Shown here in pieces: positions 1 through 8,158 of a stretch of DNA of 64,000 bases (positions are counted from its first letter, which is position 1; each line of letters opens with the position of its first letter). A program made the translations under genes and the position numbers. The stretch spans positions 233,639 to 297,638 of the forward strand of contig JADGNZ010000001.1 in NCBI GenBank assembly GCA_017883205.1, given 5' to 3'. The notes below the pieces were generated by a model that saw nothing but the letters and a program-made list of their open reading frames with translations, ran no database searches and was not told the DNA's origin. Source of the stretch: Thermoanaerobaculia bacterium. Its GTDB lineage: Bacteria; Acidobacteriota; Thermoanaerobaculia; Gp7-AA8.

Positions 1-477
1 CTTCGCTGCTACGCGCAACTCCACCGGCGTCCCGGCGAAGAACTCCGTGCTGTTGAGCAGCGACAGCTCGAGGTGCTCGCTCTCGGCCTCGGAGGCCAGA
101 TAGTCGATGATCACCTGATCGAGCGTTTTCTCTTCGTCGATCGCGATCGGCGCCGGCTCAGCGACGCTCGGGGCTGCCTGGGCCAGAGTGGGCCGCGGCG
201 TCGACTTCGTGATGTCGGCCGGCGCATCGAATCGTCCGCGCTTGATCGCGGCGATCATCGTCCGGTGCTGCTGCTCCATCAGGCTGCCGATCCACTTCTC
301 GTCGACGCCGGATGTGGCCTGTTCTGCGTATGACGTCTTCTTCGAGGCGAGAATCTCCCCACCGACGTAGACAAGCGACTCGATGTACGGATTCTGGAGT
401 CCCTTATCCTCGGTCTGGATGTGATAGACCTTCTCGTTGTGCTTGATGTCCGTGTTGAAGCCGGTGATCACGGGCAC
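1..477 (-). CDS. hypothetical protein (partial; C-terminal part runs off the left edge)
   Basis: The minus-strand frame is open from GTG (475-477) to position 1 and is absent from the ORF track because no stop lies in the window. Translation VPVITGFNTDIKHNEKVYHIQTEDKGLQNPYIESLVYVGGEIL... has normal composition. The competing plus-strand ORFs (73..333, 188..370) are Arg/Cys-rich. Confidence 0.55.
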   Translation of the reverse strand, partial: MPVITGFNTDIKHNEKVYHIQTEDKGLQNPYIESLVYVGGEILASKKTSYAEQATSGVDEKWIGSLMEQQHRTMIAAIKRGRFDAPADITKSTPRPTLAQAAPSVAEPAPIAIDEEKTLDQVIIDYLASEAESEHLELSLLNSTEFFAGTPVELRVAAK

Positions 478-580
478 GCTCCGACGCGAAACAGTGTTCT
501 GTCTCGAAGTCTCGGAGTTTAGCAGATGCTTTGCTGCCCGGTTTCGGGCAAGTACGATAAGCGCATCACGCGCAAGCGGC

Positions 581-1012
581 TCACGTCTCTTGCTGCAGCG
601 CGCGCACTTTCTGCCGCAGCGCGTCGCTCACCGGCACCTTGGTTTGCGCCTTCCAGTCGAACAGAACGACGACGACCATTCCCGTTGCGGCAACCTGGCC
701 GCTCGAACGTTTGCGGATCTCGTAGAGCGTATCGAACGACGTGTTTCGGATCGCGCCGATGCGGACGCAGATATCGATCGGCTCCATACCGATCTGGAGC
801 TTGAAGTCGATCTCGGCGCGGGCCACGATGAAGCCGATGTCGGACGGCACGCCGGCAGCGCCCGTCAGCGCGAACCAGAGTTGCGCACGCGCCCATTCAA
901 AGTAGGTGAGGTAGACGGCGTTGTTGACGTGGCCGAAGGCGTCGATATCGCGAAAGATCACCTGCCAGGGGACGACGAACCAGCCGTTTTCGAAGCGGGG
1001 CGACTCAGGCAC
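581..1012 (-). CDS. acyl-CoA thioesterase, 4HBT/YbgC-like hotdog fold
   Basis: 143 aa with a GTG start. The N-terminus ...VIFRDIDAFGHVNNAVYLTYFEWAR... is the typical 4HBT thioesterase signature. It lies 3 nt downstream of the HMG-CoA lyase stop. Confidence 0.85.
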   Translation of the reverse strand: MPESPRFENGWFVVPWQVIFRDIDAFGHVNNAVYLTYFEWARAQLWFALTGAAGVPSDIGFIVARAEIDFKLQIGMEPIDICVRIGAIRNTSFDTLYEIRKRSSGQVAATGMVVVVLFDWKAQTKVPVSDALRQKVRALQQET

Positions 1013-1015
1013 GGC

Positions 1016-1954
1016 TCATTGTACCGTCGCCGTGGATGCGGGCGCCGTTGCCGCCGCGCGCGTCCGCGACCGCAGGTACCGTCCGGGCAGCGGATGATCG
1101 AGATACGGCGCGATGATCTGCGACGCGGCCACCAGCCGGTTCAAATCGACACCGGTATCGATGCCCATCTTCTCCAGCATGTAGACGAGATCCTCGGTGG
1201 CCAGGTTGCCGCTCGCACCCGGTGCGTACGGGCACCCGCCCAATCCGCCCGACGACGCGTCGAACGTCGGAATGCCCATCTCCAGCGCAGCGAGCGAATT
1301 CGCCAGCGCGGTCCCGCGCGTGTCGTGAAAGTGCATGGCCAGCTTCGAGGCAGGAATCACCTGCATGAGGATTCCGACGACGCCCTGAACCTGCACCGGC
1401 GTGCCGACGCCGATCGTGTCGCCGACCGAGACCTCGTAGCAGCCGAGGTCGAGGAGGCGCGCGGAGACTTCGAGGACTTTTTCCGGGGCGACGTCGCCTT
1501 CGTACGGACAGCCAAACGCCGTCGAGACGTAGCCCCGCACGCGCATCCCTTCGGCGCGCGCACGCGCAGCCACCTGCGCGTAGTTGATGAACGATTCGTC
1601 GATCGTCATGTTGATGTTGCGCTGATTGAATGTCTCGGACGCGGCCGTGAAGATGGCGATCGATTTCACGCCCGCCTCGATGGCACGATCGAGCCCGGGC
1701 ATGTTCGGCACCAGCACCGGATAGTCGACGCCCGGGTCTTTCGGGATGTTGCGATAGACCTCGGCGGTATCCGCCATCTGCGGCACCCACTTCGGGCTGA
1801 CGAAGGCACCTGCTTCGATCGTCGTCAGACCCGCGTCTGCGAGTGCCGTGATGTAGTCGATCTTCGCCTCGGTAGGAATGGTGACCTTCTCGTTCTGCAG
1901 GCCGTCGCGCGGTCCTACCTCGACGACATTGACGTGATCGATCGTGATTTTCAT
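1016..1954 (-). CDS. hydroxymethylglutaryl-CoA lyase
   Basis: 312 aa. VEVGPRDGLQNE near the N-terminus and HFHDTRGTALANSLAAL, both typical of HMGL-like/DRE-TIM lyases. ATGA overlap with the upstream biotinyl-domain gene. Confidence 0.9.
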   Translation of the reverse strand: MKITIDHVNVVEVGPRDGLQNEKVTIPTEAKIDYITALADAGLTTIEAGAFVSPKWVPQMADTAEVYRNIPKDPGVDYPVLVPNMPGLDRAIEAGVKSIAIFTAASETFNQRNINMTIDESFINYAQVAARARAEGMRVRGYVSTAFGCPYEGDVAPEKVLEVSARLLDLGCYEVSVGDTIGVGTPVQVQGVVGILMQVIPASKLAMHFHDTRGTALANSLAALEMGIPTFDASSGGLGGCPYAPGASGNLATEDLVYMLEKMGIDTGVDLNRLVAASQIIAPYLDHPLPGRYLRSRTRAAATAPASTATVQ

Positions 1955-2421
1955 GTCAGCGTCACGAGATCTAAACCGGACTGCACCATCTCCCCTTCCT
2001 TGCAGTGAATCGCAGTGACCATGCCGTCGCGCGGCGCAGTGATCTGGTGCTCCATCTTCATCGCCTCGAGGATCAGGAGAGGAGCTCCCTTCGCTACCTG
2101 ATCTCCAACCGCGACGAGGATCTTCAAGACCACTCCGGGCATCGGCGCGCTCAGCGAATGATCGCTGTGCCGGGCCCGCGTACGAGCCCCTTTCACCGTC
2201 ACATCAGCGATCCAGATCTCCCCGTCGTACGCGAAGCTGACCTCGGTGCCATCAATGATGAAAGGCACGAGGTGCGTGCGGCCATCGACGCGTAGCTCAG
2301 CTTCGTTTCCATGCACGGCGACGAGCTCGATCTCGCGTTCGGCGACGCGAAAACGGCTTCCCTCACGCTCCAACTCCAGCTCGCTCGATTCTCCGTCGAT
2401 GGTGATGACTTTCTCGGTCAC
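1951..2421 (-). CDS. biotin/lipoyl-attachment (biotin carboxyl carrier) domain protein
   Basis: 156 aa with a GTG start. The C-terminal domain ...GAPLLILEAMKMEHQITAPRDG... carries the AMKM biotinylation motif. Confidence 0.85.
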   Translation of the reverse strand: MTEKVITIDGESSELELEREGSRFRVAEREIELVAVHGNEAELRVDGRTHLVPFIIDGTEVSFAYDGEIWIADVTVKGARTRARHSDHSLSAPMPGVVLKILVAVGDQVAKGAPLLILEAMKMEHQITAPRDGMVTAIHCKEGEMVQSGLDLVTLT

Positions 2422-2511
2422 CGGACGAGTCTATCGCGACGAAGCGATGATCCGATCGTAGCGCCGTCGGCCCGACGGCTGTATCGCCAGCGGCTCGCTG
2501 GCGGTTCTGCA

Positions 2512-3084
2512 CTACCGCGAAAACCGCGATCCCGGCGCATCGAGTGCCAATCCCCGCGCGCAAAGCGGACAGGCCGCCTCGTCATACGTCTCCAGGTTCA
2601 GTTCCATCAGCGCCTCATACGGCGCATCGAACGGATTCGGCGTCCCGCTCCGATTCAGGATCGACGCAAATCCCACCACCCGGCCGCCCAGCCCCTCGAC
2701 GACCGCGACCGTCTCCCGCGTTGACTTCCCGGTCGTGACCACATCCTCGACAATGACCACCGGCTCGTCCGCCGCAATCCGGAATCCGCGGCGCAACGTC
2801 ATCGCACCATCCTTGCGCTCCGTGAAGATCGAAGGCAATCCCAGCGCCTCGGCGACCGTGTAACCGATGATCACGCCGCCGAGCGCGGGCGCGACGATCT
2901 TCGCCGGCATCATCGTTGCGACCTTCGCCGCGAGCGCCTCGCCGATGGCCCGTGCGTTCCGCGGATGCTCCAGCAGCAGCGCGCACTGGACGTAGCCCGG
3001 GCTGTGAAGTCCGGACGACAGACGGAAGTGTCCACTGAGCAGCGCGCCGGTTTCGCTCAGAAGTGCCAGCAGGTCGAGTGGCAT
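2512..3084 (-). CDS. pyrE: orotate phosphoribosyltransferase
   Basis: 190 aa. N-terminus GHFRLSSGLHSPGYVQC and PRPP-binding loop VVIVEDVVTTGKSTRE. Confidence 0.9.
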   Translation of the reverse strand: MPLDLLALLSETGALLSGHFRLSSGLHSPGYVQCALLLEHPRNARAIGEALAAKVATMMPAKIVAPALGGVIIGYTVAEALGLPSIFTERKDGAMTLRRGFRIAADEPVVIVEDVVTTGKSTRETVAVVEGLGGRVVGFASILNRSGTPNPFDAPYEALMELNLETYDEAACPLCARGLALDAPGSRFSR

Positions 3085-3122
3085 GGCCGGCGAGAATAGA
3101 ATGGCGTGAGGAGCAAGCGCAA

Positions 3123-3569
3123 ATGGGTGAACTGACAGAGAAGATTCGCACCGAGCTCACCGCGGCTATGAAGGCACGCGATGCGGAGCGGCTCTCGACG
3201 CTGCGGATGCTGCAGTCGGCGTTCAAGTATCAGCAGATCGAATCGGGCCACGAGCTGAGCGACGAAGAAGCGATGACCGTGATCCGTAAAGCAGTCAAGC
3301 AGCGCCTCGATTCGATCGAGCAGTACACGAAAGGCAACCGCCCCGAGCTCGCTGACAAAGAGCGGCGCGAAATGGAGCTGCTCAAGACCTGGCTCCCTCC
3401 CGAGCTGACCGACGAAGAGATCGAGTCCGGCATCCGCGAGATCATCGCCTCGACCGGCGCGCAATCGAAGAAGGACATGGGCAAAGTCATGAAAGAAGCC
3501 TCCGCCCGCTACAAAGGGCGGGTGGACGGGAAGAAGATCCAGGAGATCGTCGGGAGACTGTTGCCGTAG
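3123..3569 (+). CDS. GatB/YqeY domain-containing protein
   Basis: The ATG at 3123 gives MGELTEKIRTELTAAMKARDAERLSTLRMLQSAFKYQQIE...KDMGKVMKEA, a typical YqeY-like sequence. The upstream part of the ORF-track call (3063) overlaps pyrE. Confidence 0.85.
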   Translation: MGELTEKIRTELTAAMKARDAERLSTLRMLQSAFKYQQIESGHELSDEEAMTVIRKAVKQRLDSIEQYTKGNRPELADKERREMELLKTWLPPELTDEEIESGIREIIASTGAQSKKDMGKVMKEASARYKGRVDGKKIQEIVGRLLP

Positions 3570-3600
3570 GTTGCGCGGAATCGCGAACCCGAGACCGCAA

Positions 3601-4662
3601 ATGCTGACCCCCTCCGAACGCATTCGCTACGCGCGGCACCTGATCCTGCCCGAGATTGGCGAGGCGGGGCAAGAGAGACTGAAGGCCTCGTCGGCGCTCA
3701 TCGTCGGCGCAGGAGGCCTTGGTAGCCCGGTGGGGTTGTATCTTGCCGCAGCGGGCGTGGGACGCATCGGTATCGTCGACTTTGACGACGTCGACGGCAG
3801 CAATCTTCATCGTCAGGTCTTGTACGGCGCGTCTGATGTCGGGCATCCGAAGCTCGAGGCGGCACGCGGGCGTTTGCAGGATCTGAATCCGGAGATCGCC
3901 ATCGAGACGCACGCCGCTGCGCTGACCTCGGAGAACGCGCTCAGCATTCTCACTGAGTACGACGTCGTCATCGACGGCACCGACAACTTCCCGACGCGCT
4001 ATCTAGTCAACGACGCCTGCGTGCTTCTCGGCAAGCCGAACGTCTACGGCTCGATCTTCCGTTTCGAAGGGCAGGCCTCGGTGTTCTCCGCGCAGGATGG
4101 GCCGTGCTATCGCTGCCTCTATCCCGAGCCGCCGCCTCCGCATCTCGTGCCGTCGTGCGCGGAGGGAGGCGTGCTCGGCGTGCTACCGGGTGTCATCGGA
4201 ACGATTCAGGCGACCGAGGCGATCAAGCTGCTGACGGGGATCGGGGAGACGCTCGTCGGCCGTCTTCTTCTGTTCGATGCCTTGAAAATGACCTTCCGCA
4301 CGCTGCGCCTGCGCCAGCAGCACGATGCCCATGGAGCGATCACGCGGCTGATCGATTACGACATGTTCTGCAATCCCGCCAGCACGCACGAGGTCACGTA
4401 CGACCAGATCGGGCCGGATTCGCTGCTCGTCGACGTCCGCGAGCCGTACGAGTGGGATGCCGGACACATCGACGGTGCCCGCCACCTTCCCCTCGGCGAT
4501 CTGCCTCACCGTCTGAACGAATTGCCGCGCGACGCCGACGTCATCTTCTATTGCCAGACCGGCGGCCGCTCCGCACGCGCGCTCGACCTCGCACGCGAGT
4601 CGGGCCTGACGCGGGCAAAGCATTTGCGCGGCGGCTACGTGGCGTGGCAACGAACGAAGTAG
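3601..4662 (+). CDS. ThiF/MoeB-type adenylyltransferase with C-terminal rhodanese domain (MoeZ-like)
   Basis: The ATG at 3601 gives MLTPSERIRYARHLILPEIGEAGQERLKASSALIVGAGGLGSP (Rossmann GxGxxG). CxxC pairs are present (CYRC ... SCAEGG). The C-terminal rhodanese-like region contains ...VIFYCQTGGRS. Confidence 0.85.
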   Translation: MLTPSERIRYARHLILPEIGEAGQERLKASSALIVGAGGLGSPVGLYLAAAGVGRIGIVDFDDVDGSNLHRQVLYGASDVGHPKLEAARGRLQDLNPEIAIETHAAALTSENALSILTEYDVVIDGTDNFPTRYLVNDACVLLGKPNVYGSIFRFEGQASVFSAQDGPCYRCLYPEPPPPHLVPSCAEGGVLGVLPGVIGTIQATEAIKLLTGIGETLVGRLLLFDALKMTFRTLRLRQQHDAHGAITRLIDYDMFCNPASTHEVTYDQIGPDSLLVDVREPYEWDAGHIDGARHLPLGDLPHRLNELPRDADVIFYCQTGGRSARALDLARESGLTRAKHLRGGYVAWQRTK

Positions 4663-4692
4663 TGGACTTGGTTGCGCGCGATGGCGCCGCCG

Positions 4693-6306
4693 CTACTGCC
4701 AGTCGTTCATTTTCCGCAGCAACTGATCGATCGTGAGAAGGCGCTCGGCGCCGTCGGATTCGCGCCGGAAGATGGCGTGATACCAACCCTTCATCCCGAT
4801 CGGTCTGTACACCTCGCTGCCCATCCGCAATTTGCGGCCGGATACGAGTTGCAGAAACACCTGCTCGTAGGCCGAGCGGGTCAGGCGCCGGTCGGGGAAG
4901 GGAGTGTTGTAGGTGCCGCTCCGCCGCTCGTTCGTCCGGCGCCGTTCGCGGTCGGGCGTCGTGCCGCGCAGGAGCGAGGTGCCGCGGCGGTCGAGATAGT
5001 CGGACGGCCGTTGCGGCATCAGTCTGGCGGGAGTGTCTTTTCGCCGGCGAGCGCGCACTGGCGGCCGAGCCGCTCGCGGACGCAAGGCCGGGCTTGGAGC
5101 CACCCTCTCCGGCTGAGCGGCAGCGATGGCGTTCTTGCGTTGGGGTGCAGGGATCGCAGCGCTTTCGGTCAGATGCATCGCACGGGCGTTGCCGCGATCG
5201 ACGATGTACTCATCGATCGACTGACCATCCCAGATCTCGCTCGCTGCCCGGGTGATGTCGAGCTCGATGTCTCGATTTTTCAGCTCATGGATGACGGAGC
5301 CCCAGCGGCAGAGGTGGCCCACATCCTCGTAGGCCGCCGGCCGGTCGGACAATTCTAGAAGCGACGGCGCGCGGCCGGAAAGGATCGCAAAGAGCAGCCG
5401 CATGCTGAAGGGGTCGGAGTACTTGCGGATCGAGCGCCGGAAGTACCATGCGACACGAGCGCCCATCGCGCGCAACGACATCATCTCGCCGAACTGCGTC
5501 TTCCAGACCGGCGCGTTGATGTCGGAGGTGTAGGGGCTCTGCGCGTAGTGGAAGTCCTTCGTCAGCCAGCCTTTGCGTGTGGTGTGTTTGCCGGGAACGA
5601 CGCCGTCGACGATCGGAATCGGAAGCTGATTGAGAACGGCCAGCTCGTACGATGGCCACGTCATCACTTCGCGGACGATGCCGACGATGAGCGTGGCCGC
5701 GGCGATCATCATGCCGGGGTCGGGCGTGAAATCGACCGTGATCTCGATTCTGCTTCCACGCGGCCTGACGCCGACTCCAGTGGAGCGGCGGTTCGACGCC
5801 ACCAGCATCACCGGCACAGGCAGGATATAGGCGAGCAGTAGCGCCAGCGCTTTCTCGTTCCGCCTCGCGTTCTGCTCCCGCTTCGGGATCTCGTAGGAGA
5901 TGTTGTAGTGGGTGCTGTAGGCCTTCAGCCGGACGGTGTGATCGTTCGCCTTTTCCCACCGCGTGAGCTGGCCGCGGACGAAGCCGATCTGTTCCCACAG
6001 GTTGCGCACCGTGCGGGCGGTGGAGTGCGGGGCGAGCTCGATGACCGGCGTGACGACTTCGATGACGCCTCGATCGAAATAGACGGCGCCTCCCGTCGGA
6101 AGCTGCAGGGACGACTTCTCGCGCGGAAGAAGAGGCCGGTCGATGAACGCGCTGGGATGTCCCCAGAACACGCGCGGATCGATCTCCTTCTCGTCGAGGA
6201 AGACATTGAACTCCGACTCCATGCCGATTACCGGCATCTGCAGTCGAGTCCGCTGGAGGAGCTTCCCGACTAGTCTCTGTTGTTTCAAATCTGGCGTTCC
6301 AGGCAT
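4693..6306 (-). CDS. divergent carboxylate-amine ligase superfamily protein (PafA/Dop/GCS2-like N-terminal domain) with Arg/Pro-rich linker and small C-terminal domain
   Basis: 537 aa with an ATG start. VIGMESEFNV resembles the GIETEFGV/GVEEEF first-strand motif of Pup ligase/GCS2. GGAVYFDRGVIEVVTPVIE resembles GARLYLDVGSHPEYATAE. STHYNISY resembles GCHENYL. Residues ~385-470 are low-complexity Arg/Pro-rich and are followed by a ~65-aa ordered-looking tail. Similarity was judged from memory only. Confidence 0.5.
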   Translation of the reverse strand: MPGTPDLKQQRLVGKLLQRTRLQMPVIGMESEFNVFLDEKEIDPRVFWGHPSAFIDRPLLPREKSSLQLPTGGAVYFDRGVIEVVTPVIELAPHSTARTVRNLWEQIGFVRGQLTRWEKANDHTVRLKAYSTHYNISYEIPKREQNARRNEKALALLLAYILPVPVMLVASNRRSTGVGVRPRGSRIEITVDFTPDPGMMIAAATLIVGIVREVMTWPSYELAVLNQLPIPIVDGVVPGKHTTRKGWLTKDFHYAQSPYTSDINAPVWKTQFGEMMSLRAMGARVAWYFRRSIRKYSDPFSMRLLFAILSGRAPSLLELSDRPAAYEDVGHLCRWGSVIHELKNRDIELDITRAASEIWDGQSIDEYIVDRGNARAMHLTESAAIPAPQRKNAIAAAQPERVAPSPALRPRAARPPVRARRRKDTPARLMPQRPSDYLDRRGTSLLRGTTPDRERRRTNERRSGTYNTPFPDRRLTRSAYEQVFLQLVSGRKLRMGSEVYRPIGMKGWYHAIFRRESDGAERLLTIDQLLRKMNDWQ

Positions 6307-6398
6307 GCCGCTCTTTCCGGGCCGTCGCGTTGGGATGTATGGAGCTACTGCATACGTTCTCTAAGCAAACGGCAGGCCGGGTGCGAAGTGCCGGGTGC

Positions 6399-6504
6399 GG
6401 GGAGTAGGGGGGTGGGGAGTGGAAGCATGCAGCCCCGCGAACCATGTGTCAGATACGCTGGAAGAAAGTGTCGTTCTTTCTCCCACTCCCCACTCCCCAC
6501 TCCC
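6399..6504. repeat. heptamer-repeat hairpin (ggggagt-type arms), terminator-like, immediately after the M15 peptidase stop
   Basis: Left arm ggggagtaggggggtggggagtgg (6399-). Right arm ctcccactccccactccccactccc (to 6504), whose reverse complement is gggagtggggagtggggagtgggag. The loop is ~50 nt. The minus-strand stop codon lies at 6505-6507. Confidence 0.8.
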
Positions 6505-7197
6505 TTATTCGTCTTCCGAGGTAGCAGGCTGGGACCGGCGCTCGACACGGCGGCGGTCCTCAAAGGCGAAACGGGGCTTGTTTTCCTGCGGCACTTCCAT
6601 CCGGTCTTCACTGATCTCGCGGGGGATCACTGTGATGTACCCGAGGTCGAGATGGACGTGATCGTCGGCATTGAGACCGGTGACGTGTCCGTACGGCAGC
6701 ACGTGAAGGTCGTCACTCGAATCCTCGGCGATGCCGTTGTACTTCTCGATCGTCTCTTTCCCCTTCAGGATCGTGCTCCCGATGCGGTAAATATCGGCCG
6801 CGGTGGCCCACATGTGCGGCGTCGCGTTCTGCGACAGCTTGTGCGACGGCGACCGGTAGCCGCCATTGACCGCGATGTGGACCGAGCCTCCGGCATCCCT
6901 TCGGAACTGCTCGAGATAGAACGCCAGAACGCGGACGGCGCACGGGATGTAGCGTGGGAACTCCTGCAGCCGCGGGTCTTCTTTGAGGTCGACGAGGGTG
7001 AACTCGTTGAGACCAAAATGCTGCGTCAGACGGATGCTCATGGCCGCCTCGTGGCTCGGAATCTCGTAAAAGTAGCGTGGCAGACGATGGCGCCGTTTCT
7101 GCGCGTCGAGGACCATCCCGCCGGGCTTGAGCAGAAACCGCAGCTCATCATTGAGATCGCAGGCGTCGACGACTTTGATCGACTGCGGCTCACTCAT
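6505..7197 (-). CDS. LAS-family zinc peptidase, Peptidase_M15A/YcbK(MepK)-like, apparently cytoplasmic
   Basis: 230 aa. NGGYRSPSHKLSQNATPHMWATAADIY contains the SGYR...H-x6-D motif and DHVHLD contains the HxH motif. There is no N-terminal signal peptide. Overlaps the upstream gene by 8 nt. Confidence 0.75.
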   Translation of the reverse strand: MSEPQSIKVVDACDLNDELRFLLKPGGMVLDAQKRRHRLPRYFYEIPSHEAAMSIRLTQHFGLNEFTLVDLKEDPRLQEFPRYIPCAVRVLAFYLEQFRRDAGGSVHIAVNGGYRSPSHKLSQNATPHMWATAADIYRIGSTILKGKETIEKYNGIAEDSSDDLHVLPYGHVTGLNADDHVHLDLGYITVIPREISEDRMEVPQENKPRFAFEDRRRVERRSQPATSEDE

Positions 7198-8158
7198 ATG
7201 TCAATCCCGCAAGCGTATTGTAGATGTCGCGCGAGACGTCGGCGACAGCGCTGCCGCGGCCAGTCTCGGCGCGGAACTGAGTAAGGATGACGAGGACGTA
7301 CGGCTCCCGTCCATCCAGAAAGACGATACCGGCGTCGTGATGCACCGTGGAGATGTTCCCGGTTTTGTGCGCAACGCGCGCAGCTTTCGGCAGGCCGGCC
7401 GGGATTCCGCTTCGATACTGCTGATCGAGCATGATCTTCAGCATGTCGTCGCTGGCTTCCTGCGAAAACGCCTTGCCGTCGGCGATGACGCGCAACATTT
7501 TCTGCAGTCCGTTCGCGGTCACTTCGTTGTTGAGGCCCGCTTCGAACGCCGCCTGATCTTCAACGCCGCGCAACACGCGAACGCCGTCGATCTCCAGCTC
7601 GTCGAGCGCCTGCTGAATGCTCTCGATGGTGACGACGTCGACGAGAAGGTTGGTGGCGAGGTTGCTCGACTTGGTGATCATCCAGTACGCGAGCTCGCGG
7701 ACGGTGAGCGTCTTGCCGAGGTGGCCGTAGACGTCGGGATCGGCATCGCTGGCGAGATCGAGCATGAACGGTTCCTGGTTGACGATGCTCGTGAAGCGAT
7801 TGCGAACGTGGACCGGCGAGTCGAGAGCGAGCGTTCCACGGTCGATTTCGCGAAAAACGCCGATGAGCACGGCCAGCTTCATCGTCGACGCGGCGTGGAA
7901 GTAGTGGTCGGCGTTGTACGACCACTGAATCGTGGTCTGCGCATCCCAGAATGAGATCCCGAGCTCTTCGAGATCGTGCTCTTCCTTGATCTTGAGAACG
8001 TTCCGGTAGAGCGAGATTTCGGACGCGGCGACGGAATCGTTGGCCGGCGAAACCGGAAGCTTCTCTTCGGCCTTGCGGGCCTTCAATGCCATTTGGCGAA
8101 TGTTACTGAACCTCGGCGACCCCATTGCAAGTTTCGGTGCACGCGGATCTCTGTTCAA
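7190..8158 (-). CDS. class A beta-lactamase-related serine hydrolase, apparently cytoplasmic (start uncertain)
   Basis: 322 aa. SxxK (ASTMK), SxN-like (KSSN) and KTG (HKTGN) motifs occur in the canonical order. No signal peptide. The TTG start overlaps the aminotransferase stop (TTGA). Alternative ATG starts lie at 8125 and 8092. Confidence 0.75.
   Translation of the reverse strand: MNRDPRAPKLAMGSPRFSNIRQMALKARKAEEKLPVSPANDSVAASEISLYRNVLKIKEEHDLEELGISFWDAQTTIQWSYNADHYFHAASTMKLAVLIGVFREIDRGTLALDSPVHVRNRFTSIVNQEPFMLDLASDADPDVYGHLGKTLTVRELAYWMITKSSNLATNLLVDVVTIESIQQALDELEIDGVRVLRGVEDQAAFEAGLNNEVTANGLQKMLRVIADGKAFSQEASDDMLKIMLDQQYRSGIPAGLPKAARVAHKTGNISTVHHDAGIVFLDGREPYVLVILTQFRAETGRGSAVADVSRDIYNTLAGLTYE

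Noticed and set aside
437-2008. Large antisense or off-frame ORFs typical of GC-rich DNA, e.g. 437..2008, 13616..14818, 18854..20620, 23480..24271, 44656..46152, 50892..53519 and 12202..13317.
   Set aside because: Their translations are Arg/Gly/Asp/His-rich low-complexity sequences. Each lies opposite a gene with clear family motifs, for example HMG-CoA lyase, asd, secD, trmFO, the histidine kinase and lysC.
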